34,336 bases of DNA from NCBI GenBank assembly GCA_046759445.1, contig JBHICG010000034.1, positions 1 through 34,336 on the forward strand. Direction: 5' to 3'. The notes under the pieces are model-generated. The model saw only the letters and a program-made list of their open reading frames with translations, did not search any database and was not told the DNA's origin. Position numbers and translations under genes: made by a program. This document shows positions 18,032 to 27,112 of the stretch, one piece after another; within the stretch, counting starts at the first letter, position 1; each line of letters begins with the position of its first letter. This DNA comes from Candidatus Scalinduaceae bacterium. Its GTDB lineage: Bacteria > Planctomycetota > Brocadiia > Brocadiales > Scalinduaceae.

Positions 18032-19783
18032 TTATGGTTCTTCAAGTTTTAAGTCCTCTTTTATCACCATATTATCATCCTCAATTATGATATTGTTCTT
18101 CTCCAGTATAGTACCAGTTGCCACATCTAAATCCTCCAATGACACTTCATAATCAACCAATGCATTTGTAGCTCTACCCTCTGCAATAGCCAAATTTTCC
18201 TGAGCACGCACTACTTCAAGGCTAGTTGTCCTTCCCACTTTAAATTTCTTTTCCTCTGCCTCAAGTCTTTCCTGAGCCAACTCCCTTGCCTTTTCTGTTG
18301 CCCTAACCCTCTCGATATTTGTTTTTATTTGGCGAACTGCCTTACGTACATCAACAACAATGCCCTGCTCTACTTTGCTTCTATTAAGAACTGACTGCCT
18401 AACTTCCAGCTTTGCCTTTGAATAATTACTCCTTGCCTCTCGATTACCTAATGGAACCTCCAACGTAACACCAAAAAACTCACTTTGAAACCGTTCCGAA
18501 AAAACAGAATCAATGGAATTTCCAAAGTCTCCATCAAGTCCACTATATCTGACCCCTGCTTCGATATCAAACTGAGGAAGCAGCTCATTTTTTTTCCGTT
18601 TTACCTCAATCATATTATTTTCTATTTCTAAATCTTGCTCAAAAAGTTCTGGCCTGTTTCCGAGCGCTATCTTGATTGACTCATCAAGCGATACGTCCTT
18701 AATTTTAAAAGATGCCTTATCCAATGGGATAATTGCCGCATCAGACAGAATGGAATCGTTACTCAAATTCATAACTTGCTTTAACTCGTCCTCCTTATTT
18801 TTAACTTCATTTTCTGCTACTACAACCCCTTCTACTTGTTTAGCAACACCCTCTTCTGCCTCTAACACATCAATTGGTGCCAAAGTCCCTACTTTTACCT
18901 GAATCTTGTTTTTCCTCAATAAATCCTTTGCTCTTTCTAGAGATTTGTTTCTCACTCTTAAATTCTCTATTACCTTTACGAGTTCCCAGTATGCCGTTTG
19001 AACAGAATTAATTACTTCGATTGCCTTCGCCTTAAGCTGTAATACGGACTTCTTTTTGTCATTTCTCGCTATAAATATTTTGCTTCTATTATAAAATATA
19101 CCTGCACCCTTTAGAATTGGTTGTGTGACTTTCACCTCAATAAATGATCTTGACTGTGGATTAAGAGGATTAAAAGGAGCCGGATCAATAAAAACACGAG
19201 GTACAACATTAAAGTCCAATGTAAACGCACCACCAGTTTCCAAAGGCTTCTCTATTATACCCTGGAATGTATTAACATCTTGTTTGAATTCATTAATTTG
19301 GGCTGCTGCCCCCAAACCAACTGTCAATTGATTTACGGTAGGTGTCTCAGATACGTTTCTATTACCAGTAATTTTAAGATTCGGGTCAAATTTGGATTTT
19401 TCAACAGTAACATCTTTTTCTTCAAGTATCGGGTTTATCTTTGCAATCCTTATGTCATAGTTGTTATGCAGTGCTAAGATTATACTATCCTTAAGCGTTA
19501 TGTTAAGAAATTTCATATCCTCCGTGGTAAATTCTACGACGGGTTTTTCCACTTCTGCATATTCTTCCTTTGCTTTCATTTTATCAGGGGGAGCCACATC
19601 CAATATCTCCTTGAGAGCTTCCACATAATTACTCTTTGCCCCCGCATCATTTCCTGCAAATATTATTAGATTAAGCAAAACAGTCAATACGAAGATATAT
19701 AATAGCCTACCACGGATATTCACCCAGTTAGATAAAATGGCAGAACCTATTTTACAATATGTAATATTAATGTTATCTTTCAT
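18032..19783 (-). CDS. TolC family outer membrane protein
   Basis: TLKDSIILALHNNYDI, AYWEL, SLDESIKIALGNRPEL, EEKKFKVGRTTSLEV: two OEP repeats; hydrophobic signal; start uncertain. Confidence 0.9.
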   Translation of the reverse strand: MKDNINITYCKIGSAILSNWVNIRGRLLYIFVLTVLLNLIIFAGNDAGAKSNYVEALKEILDVAPPDKMKAKEEYAEVEKPVVEFTTEDMKFLNITLKDSIILALHNNYDIRIAKINPILEEKDVTVEKSKFDPNLKITGNRNVSETPTVNQLTVGLGAAAQINEFKQDVNTFQGIIEKPLETGGAFTLDFNVVPRVFIDPAPFNPLNPQSRSFIEVKVTQPILKGAGIFYNRSKIFIARNDKKKSVLQLKAKAIEVINSVQTAYWELVKVIENLRVRNKSLERAKDLLRKNKIQVKVGTLAPIDVLEAEEGVAKQVEGVVVAENEVKNKEDELKQVMNLSNDSILSDAAIIPLDKASFKIKDVSLDESIKIALGNRPELFEQDLEIENNMIEVKRKKNELLPQFDIEAGVRYSGLDGDFGNSIDSVFSERFQSEFFGVTLEVPLGNREARSNYSKAKLEVRQSVLNRSKVEQGIVVDVRKAVRQIKTNIERVRATEKARELAQERLEAEEKKFKVGRTTSLEVVRAQENLAIAEGRATNALVDYEVSLEDLDVATGTILEKNNIIIEDDNMVIKEDLKLEEP

Positions 19784-19810
19784 GTTTAATCTTTTAAGAC
19801 CTTAGCTAAT

Positions 19811-20499
19811 TATCTAACGGGGTGAACAGAATTACACAGATTTACTTGCCTCTTTGTAACAAATAGGCAAGTCATAATATTCTCCTCCTCATTAAAAAAG
19901 CTCACCACGGATTCTCACGGAATTACACTGAATTACCAGCCCGACTTCGTTCTGGCGGGTCTAAATATTCTTCTTTCCATTTCAAATCTATCTGCATTCT
20001 CCGTTTCTGGTTAGTAATAGTTCAACCCCCTATTTATTTTCAACAAGAACAGCAAGAGGGAGTTAAGGAGGTGTTTTTGAGTAGGCAAAAACCCTTAGCT
20101 GTTCCACTATTAGGTGGAACAGCCGTTTTATCCTTTTATCCGCTCTTTACGTATAGAATAAATATAAACGAGTTAAGCTGCCCTTGGCAGCAACTTTCAA
20201 GCTCCCTCTAAAAAGAGGAGCAGGGGGGGCGTATAAACATATTTACACACCCCTACCTGTCGGCAGACAGGCCTTAATCTCCCCACTTCTTGCTTTCGCT
20301 CTTACAGAGCCTACTTTCGGCAAGAAAGCAGTGGGGGGAAACTACGATTGAAATTCCTAAACATCAAGATAAAACTCTAAAGAGTTAACTCCTTTTTCTT
20401 TCTAATTTTTGATAGGAATTATACTGTTACAAAAAGGAATACTTTCGGGAGGGACTCCCGAAACACAAAAAAGCGGTTCGTTCGGGGAACGAACCCTAC
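19811..20499. repeat. Cluster of heterogeneous palindromic and periodic repeats
   Basis: 10-nt periodic CACGGATTCT-CACGGAATTA-CACTGAATTA; hairpins ACTTGCCT..AGGCAAGT, GCTGTTCCAC-N6-GTGGAACAGC, TTTCGGGAG-N3-CTCCCGAAA, GGTTCGTTC-N3-GAACGAACC-CTAC. Confidence 0.7.
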
Positions 20500-20555
20500 A
20501 TAAATATTCGAAAAATGACTTTCCACAATAGATACTAATGAACTGTCACCTCTTT

Positions 20556-21122
20556 CTATTTTCCCTTAATCAGGGCAAAAGCTTCAGCTCTTGTCGCTGA
20601 ATTTTTTCTAAATATTCCTCTTACCACTGATGTCTGAGCAATTGTACCAGGTTTTTTTATGCCTCTCATGGTCATACAGAGATGCTCTGCTTCAATAATT
20701 GCCAATACGCCTTTTGGCTGAAGAGCCTTCATGAGTGACTCGGCTATTGCGGTGGTCAGGCGTTCCTGGACTTGCAATTTCTTTGCCTCAATTTCTACCA
20801 CTCTTGCAAGCTTACTTAAACCCGTTACTCGCGAGCCATCAGGTATGTATGCAACATGCGCCTTCCCAATGAATGGGAGTAAATGATGCTCGCAAACTGA
20901 AAAAAATGGAATATCTTTTAATAAGACTATTTCGTCATGATCTTCAGATTTCAATACCTTAATTTGTTTTGCGGTATCTACGCCAATCCCTGCATAAATC
21001 TCTTCGCACATTTCAGCGACACGTCTGGGAGTTTCTTTAAGCCCATCACGTTTTGGATCGTCACCTATCCCCTCTAAAAACAATCTTATCCCTTTAATTA
21101 TTTTTCCTCTGTCTATCATCAT
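20556..21122 (-). CDS. folE: GTP cyclohydrolase I
   Basis: [37 protein letters not shown]. Confidence 0.97.
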   Translation of the reverse strand: MMIDRGKIIKGIRLFLEGIGDDPKRDGLKETPRRVAEMCEEIYAGIGVDTAKQIKVLKSEDHDEIVLLKDIPFFSVCEHHLLPFIGKAHVAYIPDGSRVTGLSKLARVVEIEAKKLQVQERLTTAIAESLMKALQPKGVLAIIEAEHLCMTMRGIKKPGTIAQTSVVRGIFRKNSATRAEAFALIKGK

Positions 21123-21141
21123 TTACAATCTATATACATCA

Positions 21142-21361
21142 ATCCTGAATCAAGTTCAGGATCAGAGACCCTGAAAACGATACTGAAACAGGTTCAGCAC
21201 AGGATTCAGGGTGACAATATAGTGCTTCCGCAACAGATATTAAGTAGATATAAAATAATGTATAATATCTATTTTGTTATTCCCGCACAGGCGTTCAAAT
21301 TGTCATTCCCGTGCAAACGGGAATCTATAGGCTCTAGATTCCCACTTTCGTGGGAATGACA
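21142..21361. repeat. Nested palindromic repeats (CTGAA..TTCAG type and ATTCCC-N8-GGGAAT type)
   Basis: ATCCTGAA-N5-TTCAGGAT; ACCCTGAA[..CTGAAACAGGTTCAG..]TTCAGGGT; GTCATTCCC-N8-GGGAATCTA..TAGATTCCC-N8-GGGAATGAC. Confidence 0.75.
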
Positions 21362-21393
21362 CAGAGCAAGGCTAGATTCCAAATCAAGGTCTG

Positions 21394-21467
21394 GGTGTGA
21401 TTCTGCCTGTCCTTCGGACTGGGCTCCCTCTATTGCGAAATTGCCAACTACATAGGGAAATGACACC
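21394..21467 (-). ncRNA. Candidate structured leader RNA upstream of folE (unclassified)
   Basis: Three-stem fold by eye: GGTGTcATT/AATcACACC, TCCCT/AGGGA, GCC-GTCC-GAA-GGAC-GGC; lies just after a promoter-like motif. Confidence 0.3.
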
Positions 21468-21485
21468 TTAATTATTTCCTTCACT

Positions 21486-21514
21486 ATAATAATAGTATGA
21501 AAAAGTATATTCAA
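21486..21514 (-). promoter_or_regulatory. Putative sigma70 promoter upstream of folE
   Basis: TTGAAT-17 bp-TATTAT. Confidence 0.45.
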
Positions 21515-21601
21515 CTTTTTTGTTACTATTTGGCTACTAAAAGTCACCAAGCCACAAGAAAATAGGAGGAATTCTAATAGAATAAACCTCTACGTCAAGA
21601 A

Positions 21602-22468
21602 TCATTTCAGACCATATTCATTTAAGGTTTGTAAAAGTTGATTTTCGTGTTCATCGCTCATTGCACAGAGTGGCAATCTCATTTCACCATTTAATCTGCC
21701 AAGCAATCTCATTGCCGTCTTTACGGGAATAGGATTTGTCTCAATAAACATCGCTTTACAGATAGGGAATAGTTTTCTATGCAATCTTTGAGAATCTTCA
21801 ACCATACCATTAATATATTTTGAAACCATTTCTGAGATTTCTCTCGGAAGGATATTTGCCACTACTGAAATAACCCCCTTGCCCCCCACAGACATTATTG
21901 GTAGCGCTAGAGAATCGTCTCCGGACAAAACAGTAATTTCGCATAATTTGAGAATCTGACTTGTTTGATCTATATTCCCACTTGCCTCTTTAATGGCCAC
22001 AATATTCTTTATTTCATAAAGTTTGGCTACTGTTTCAGGAGATATAGAAACCCCCGTTCTTGAAGGGACATTATAAATAATTATTGGAATATCCACTTCC
22101 TCTGCTACGGTCTTATAATGTTTATAAAGGCCTTCTTGCGTAGGCTTGTTATAATATGGCGTAATCATCAGGGCGCCATCTGCACCTGCCTTCTTTGCAA
22201 ATTTAGTTAAACTTAGCGCTTCGCTTGTATTATTAGAACCCGTCCCTGCTATAACGGGAACACGACCATTTGCTTTCTCAACAACACTGGTAATAATTTT
22301 TTCATGCTCATTGTGAGTCAGGGTCGGTGATTCACCTGTCGTACCACATGGTACTATGCCATCTGTGCCATTTTCAATATGATACTCTATCAGCTCTGCA
22401 AGTTTGTCATAATCTACCAACTCATCTTTGAATGGCGTAACCAAAGCAACTATTGATCCCGTAAACAT
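21602..22468 (-). CDS. dapA: 4-hydroxy-tetrahydrodipicolinate synthase
   Basis: GTTGES, PYYNKP, YNVPSRT, IKEASG, SGDD, ETNPIPVK; AAGGAG RBS. Confidence 0.97.
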   Translation of the reverse strand: MFTGSIVALVTPFKDELVDYDKLAELIEYHIENGTDGIVPCGTTGESPTLTHNEHEKIITSVVEKANGRVPVIAGTGSNNTSEALSLTKFAKKAGADGALMITPYYNKPTQEGLYKHYKTVAEEVDIPIIIYNVPSRTGVSISPETVAKLYEIKNIVAIKEASGNIDQTSQILKLCEITVLSGDDSLALPIMSVGGKGVISVVANILPREISEMVSKYINGMVEDSQRLHRKLFPICKAMFIETNPIPVKTAMRLLGRLNGEMRLPLCAMSDEHENQLLQTLNEYGLK

Positions 22469-22495
22469 ACATTTACACTCCTTCGCTTCTATTTA

Positions 22496-22523
22496 ATTGT
22501 ATCGGAATTTCAAAATCTTGCAA
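22496..22523 (-). promoter_or_regulatory. Putative dapA promoter
   Basis: TTGCAA-16 bp-TACAAT. Confidence 0.5.
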
Positions 22524-22537
22524 AAAAAAACATATAT

Positions 22538-22565
22538 GTAGGAGCAATTCATGAATTGCCCCTAC
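22538..22565. repeat. GTAG-type REP-like palindrome
   Basis: GTAGGAGCAATTCATGAATTGCCCCTAC, near-perfect 28-bp palindrome. Confidence 0.8.
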
Positions 22566-22654
22566 ACCGAACACCATTAATTAATTTGCACAACTACGTT
22601 CTTTCTGTTTACGGAAGATACTCATAAGTTGTAATCATTCGCCCCCCCCAATAT

Positions 22655-22797
22655 CTCGTTCCCACGCTCCCGCATGGGAACATGTCCGGTCAATCGTTAT
22701 TGTCGCGCATCATACTCCTGTGTCATAAAATGTTATCTGTCATGTGCCGGTGCATGAGTGCCACCGAAAGGGCTCCCACGCAGAGCGTGGGAGCCAG
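22655..22797. repeat. Inverted pair of REP-like palindromes
   Basis: CTCGTTCCCACGCTCCCGCATGGGAAC ... GGCTCCCACGCAGAGCGTGGGAGCCAG. Confidence 0.75.
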
Positions 22798-22865
22798 GGG
22801 TTAACGGGGTAAACACAACTTAAACTCCTCTTTTTTGCATCACGCTTGTTAATTTGTAGAAATTT

Positions 22866-23621
22866 CTATACTTTAATATGTTCAGAAGTCTTTCTTATAA
22901 GATAATGATTGTGGATAAGTTCCTTCATTTCCTGAACTGCTTTTTTAAACCCCACAAAGATGGCTCTTGAAACGATACTATGGCCAATATGAAGTTCCTC
23001 TACATCCAGATATTCGACAATAGGGCCTATATTTTTATATGTCAAACCATGCCCTGCGTTCACTCTCAAACCTGAATCTTGCGCAATTCTAACACCTTCT
23101 TTTAATTCCTCAAGCATTACGGCGCTTTGTTTTTCGCCTCTTGCATTGGCATAATTACCAGTATGAAGTTCAACAGCATGGGTGCCAACTTCACCAGAAG
23201 CTACAATTTGATCTCTAACAGGGTCTATAAAGAGACTTACGTTTATGTCATTGTCTTTGAATTTCTTAATTACTTGTGTAAGTAAGCTTCTTTGTGATGT
23301 TACGGATAAACCTCCCTCTGTTGTAACCTCTTGCCTTTTTTCAGGCACAATAGTTACCTGTTCAGGTTTAAGCCTATGTGCAATATCAATTATTTCCTGA
23401 GAAGTTGCCATCTCCAGATTAAGTTTAGTAAAAACTGTTTTTCTCATCAAATCAAGGTCTCTATCCTGGATATGTCTTCTATCTTCTCTAAGATGTATTG
23501 TTATAATATCCGCTCCACCCAGATCTGCAAGCACTGCAGCCGTTACTGGATCAGGTTCATAGGTCTTCCTGGCCTCTCTCAAGGTAGCAACATGATCAAC
23601 ATTAACTCCCAACCTAATCAT
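22866..23621 (-). CDS. pdxJ: Pyridoxine 5'-phosphate synthase
   Basis: LGVNVDHVATLR, HLREDRRHI, TTEGG, ELHTG, AGHGL, IGHSI; start reassigned to ATG at 23621 (MIRLGVN). Confidence 0.97.
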   Translation of the reverse strand: MIRLGVNVDHVATLREARKTYEPDPVTAAVLADLGGADIITIHLREDRRHIQDRDLDLMRKTVFTKLNLEMATSQEIIDIAHRLKPEQVTIVPEKRQEVTTEGGLSVTSQRSLLTQVIKKFKDNDINVSLFIDPVRDQIVASGEVGTHAVELHTGNYANARGEKQSAVMLEELKEGVRIAQDSGLRVNAGHGLTYKNIGPIVEYLDVEELHIGHSIVSRAIFVGFKKAVQEMKELIHNHYLIRKTSEHIKV

Positions 23622-23732
23622 GGTCTTATACAAACAAAAATATTTATGATTAAGGGCTCGTTCCCAGAACAAGCCTCAAGATAATTTTCGACAAGCGTAT
23701 CAGTCCCTACAGTTTGGTAGAAATCTCTCATT

Positions 23733-24746
23733 TCAAGTGCCATTAAGGTTTTCCATTTCTTTTATCGGCTCTACAATATCTACGTGAATCTCTGGTAGGT
23801 TCCCTTCTATCTCAAGTCCTTCAGGTATTGTAAAAATAACTGGTTGTTTATATGGTCCTGGTGGACTTAATGAACTGACGTCAATATATGCCATAATATC
23901 TGCTGAATTTAATCTTTCTAGTATTAATTTTGGACCTTCCAAATTTAAATCAACATATTCTGTTTTTAGCTTTACCTTAAAAACATAATTTGTAGGATGT
24001 AATACATTTACCTTTACTTTTTCATATCTTTTAACACCAATCTGCTCAGAAATCTGAAACCATACATTTATCTTTTCCCCACAACTAATTGGTACTTGAA
24101 CATACTTATCATCCTTCATAATAGAAATGTTTTCTTCTAAATCTATAGTCCAAGGAAATGTCCTGTTTTGTTCACTGATTATTCCAGTTACATCTATTGG
24201 AGTTGTATTTATTACCTCGGTCTCTTTGAGAATATTAGCCGGGCCAGTTACAAGAACTTCGTGAGGATAAAAATATTCACTTGCTATTTCATACCCAAGT
24301 GCGGGAACACCTTTTTTTTGTAATCTCACTTTAAGGTATTTACTCTTTAACCTCCCCAATGTAACTTCGATCTCATTAGGAACTATTGAGTCTAACCGAA
24401 TCTCTTGAGGCAAATTAACATTTCTCCTCGTTAATTTAATTGTTTTTGTAAATTTGTCTTCGTGTATATCTCCTATATCAGGAAAATCATATCTCGCCTT
24501 AATTTTATTATCTTTTATCATATCAGATATGCGACCAATAATGTTCCGAGGACCTTTTAAGCTAACCGTTACAGTATCACTGCTTGTATCTAATATTGTT
24601 AAATTAGATGGTGTATTAATTATTAACGGAATTTCCTCATTGATTTCCCCTGTATATTTATTAATGGCATAAAACCAGAGAGCTATGGCCATTATCAAGA
24701 CCATGCCCTTTGCCCTTAAATTACCATACAAGATACTTTTCAACAA
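23733..24746 (-). CDS. cdaR: YbbR/CdaR family diadenylate cyclase regulator
   Basis: N-terminal TM (ALWFY), repeated VxLxGP YbbR-like units, directly after cdaA. Confidence 0.85.
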   Translation of the reverse strand: MLKSILYGNLRAKGMVLIMAIALWFYAINKYTGEINEEIPLIINTPSNLTILDTSSDTVTVSLKGPRNIIGRISDMIKDNKIKARYDFPDIGDIHEDKFTKTIKLTRRNVNLPQEIRLDSIVPNEIEVTLGRLKSKYLKVRLQKKGVPALGYEIASEYFYPHEVLVTGPANILKETEVINTTPIDVTGIISEQNRTFPWTIDLEENISIMKDDKYVQVPISCGEKINVWFQISEQIGVKRYEKVKVNVLHPTNYVFKVKLKTEYVDLNLEGPKLILERLNSADIMAYIDVSSLSPPGPYKQPVIFTIPEGLEIEGNLPEIHVDIVEPIKEMENLNGT

Positions 24747-24747
24747 G

Positions 24748-25560
24748 TCAAAGTTCTCCCCGGCCGTTTTCTACTGTATCAATTTTAAATTCTTCTAACT
24801 CTTTTCTTAACTCATCCAGAGTAATATCCTCTCTTAATTGGCCTCCAACAGAAACAGAAATACGACCTGTTTCTTCCGAAATAACTATTGAGATAGCATC
24901 TGTTGCCTCTGTTATACCTATTCCTGCTCTGTGACGTGTCCCATAAGTTTTTGCTATGTTAGCATTTTCCGTTAACGGAAATATGCATCCAGCAGCAGCA
25001 ATTTTATGTTCTTGGATAATAACCGCACCATCATGAAGAGGTGTGCCAGGCCAAAAAATAGTATTTATAAGGTCGCTTGAAACATCTGAATTCATCCTTA
25101 TGCCACTTTCTATATAATGATCCAGACCGTCTTCACGTTCAATAGCTATTAAACCGCCGACCTTATTCTTAGACAAGGTTGAAACTGCTGTTACGATTTC
25201 CTTGGCAACTCGCATTTCCGCTCTAAAAAATGCTCGAAAAAATGGACTATGTCCCAATTTGATAAGCGCCCGCCTAAACTCTGGTTGAAAAAGAATTATT
25301 ATGGGAATGATAAACACTGGCAAGAATTCTGTAAAAAGCCAGTTAACTGTATAAAGTTGTAATTTTTTTATTAAAAAAAGTATTACTACTGAAATTATAA
25401 CCAATATAAATGCCAATCCTCTGAGTATGCCAGTTCCGCGTGTTCCCTGCATGATTTTCAATATCGTATATAGTAATATATATATAATGAAAATTTCTCC
25501 ACATGATTTTATTATCATCCATATTTGAAGATTTTCAAAAAAATCAAAAAAGTTATTCAT
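24748..25560 (-). CDS. cdaA: Diadenylate cyclase CdaA
   Basis: Three TM helices, FQPEFR, PLHDGA, GTRHRA, SEETG. Confidence 0.95.
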   Translation of the reverse strand: MNNFFDFFENLQIWMIIKSCGEIFIIYILLYTILKIMQGTRGTGILRGLAFILVIISVVILFLIKKLQLYTVNWLFTEFLPVFIIPIIILFQPEFRRALIKLGHSPFFRAFFRAEMRVAKEIVTAVSTLSKNKVGGLIAIEREDGLDHYIESGIRMNSDVSSDLINTIFWPGTPLHDGAVIIQEHKIAAAGCIFPLTENANIAKTYGTRHRAGIGITEATDAISIVISEETGRISVSVGGQLREDITLDELRKELEEFKIDTVENGRGEL

Positions 25561-25598
25561 AAAACTAAATACCCAAAGATATTTTGTAGCAACATAAT

Positions 25599-26462
25599 TT
25601 AATTGTAATTAACTAATTCAATTTCATTACACATCTTGGCTACTTGAACAGCCTCTTTAACATCATGCACCCTAACAATATTTGCCCCCCTGATTATGGC
25701 AAATACCAATGTTACCAATGTGCCAATAAGTTGTGAATTAAGTTTAGAAAAATCATCTTCTTTTGAAAACCCAAGCGTATTACCAATAAAAGATTTGTGT
25801 GAAGTGCCAACCAAAATGGGATGATTCTGGCATTTTAATTCATTTAGTCGTTTTAGAATCTCATAATTATGTTTAGGTGTCTTCCCGAACCCTATTCCAG
25901 GATCAACTATGATCTTATTATCCGCAATTCCTGCCTCGACAGCAAACTCTACTCTCTTTTTTAAAAATAAAAGAATCTCTGAAATTACGTCTTCATATAT
26001 TGGATCTTTTGGAAAATTATGTGGCTGACCTTTAATGTGCATGATAATAATGGGAGTACCATTTGCTGCAACAACTTTAACCATATCGCTATCGGCCTGC
26101 AACCCACTTATGTCATTTACAATCTGTGCACCAGCCTCAATTGCCTTTTCCGCAACTCTGGCTTTATATGTATCAATTGATATTGGTTTTTCTGTTTCCT
26201 TTCTTAATTCTTTAATAACTGGAATAACACGTCGTAATTCTTCATTTTCTGAAACAAATTCAGAACCAGGTCTGGTAGATTCACCTCCGATATCAATTAT
26301 ATCAGCACCATCTTCGATCATTTTCCTTGCATGGTCTATGGCACTTTTCAGATCACAATACTTCCCTCCATCGTAAAAGGAATCTGGAGTCACATTTAAG
26401 ATACCCATAACAAGCATTTTATGCCCAATTTCCAGACACCCTTTATTATGTTCTATAATCAA
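25599..26462 (-). CDS. folP: Dihydropteroate synthase
   Basis: MGILNVTPDSF, DIGGESTRPG, DPGIGFGK, VRVHDV. Confidence 0.97.
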   Translation of the reverse strand: MIIEHNKGCLEIGHKMLVMGILNVTPDSFYDGGKYCDLKSAIDHARKMIEDGADIIDIGGESTRPGSEFVSENEELRRVIPVIKELRKETEKPISIDTYKARVAEKAIEAGAQIVNDISGLQADSDMVKVVAANGTPIIIMHIKGQPHNFPKDPIYEDVISEILLFLKKRVEFAVEAGIADNKIIVDPGIGFGKTPKHNYEILKRLNELKCQNHPILVGTSHKSFIGNTLGFSKEDDFSKLNSQLIGTLVTLVFAIIRGANIVRVHDVKEAVQVAKMCNEIELVNYN

Positions 26463-26468
26463 AGAACC

Positions 26469-27098
26469 TTACCACTTTTCCTCTAAAAGATTCACTATTG
26501 TTTTTGCAAGATTGACGACCCCTTCCTCTGTAGCAGAATCGAGGGTTTCACCCCGATTTACAATAAACTCAGTTGTTTGTCTTATTTTTTTCTTGTTAAC
26601 CAACGTCCTGCCTGTTCTTCCATCTACCAGTTTTATGTCTACAAACAATCTTACTTCGCTTTCTACAAGTGTATCCCTAACATTTTGAGTAAGCACTCTT
26701 TCCTTAAAGTCTTGTAAAGTACCATATAAAATAGTATCAGCACTATCTTTGCTTACAATTCTCAGGTTTGTTTTAGACATAATCTCATTTTTTACTGCCT
26801 TTGTAAGATCAAATTCAATACCTCTCCTAAACGTTTCATTCTCAAAAATAGGAATATATATACTACTAATATTACGATTAATTAATGATTTAGTAGAATA
26901 ACCACATCCAGAAATCACAATCACAATTATTAATAATGCAATCCCAGTAAAATGATTTAATAAGACCTTCCTAAATCCCCCTCTTTCCCCCTTTTGAAAA
27001 GGGGGATTACGGTGATTGCTAAAGATGGCTTGGAATATTAGTTCCCTTTTGCAAAAAGTGAACCGGGTAATTTGCTCCTTCGTTTGATCTTTATTCAT
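26469..27098 (-). CDS. lptE: LptE family lipoprotein with extended N-terminus
   Basis: Lipobox ISGC-GYS, IYIPIFENET, ADTILYGT; follows bamD; start uncertain. Confidence 0.75.
   Translation of the reverse strand: MNKDQTKEQITRFTFCKRELIFQAIFSNHRNPPFQKGERGGFRKVLLNHFTGIALLIIVIVISGCGYSTKSLINRNISSIYIPIFENETFRRGIEFDLTKAVKNEIMSKTNLRIVSKDSADTILYGTLQDFKERVLTQNVRDTLVESEVRLFVDIKLVDGRTGRTLVNKKKIRQTTEFIVNRGETLDSATEEGVVNLAKTIVNLLEEKW
26973..27008. repeat. Palindromic element inside the lptE 5' region
   Basis: AAATCCCCCTCTT-TCCCCCTTTT-G-AAAAGGGGGA-TT, encoding NPPFQKGERGGF. Confidence 0.7.
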
Positions 27099-27112
27099 AA
27101 GACATTTACCAG

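Noticed and set aside
21394..21467. Assignment as ZTP, THF or THF-II riboswitch
   Set aside because: Consensus elements (for ZTP, GACUGGCG and CGCCUGGG) not found; left unclassified
21269..21550. 93-aa minus-strand ORF
   Set aside because: C-terminal CHSHESGNL..DSRLHGND is a translation of the ATTCCC/GGGAAT repeats
23622..23672. 17-aa N-terminal extension of PdxJ
   Set aside because: Family sequences start at about MxxLGVN; ATG at 23621 fits
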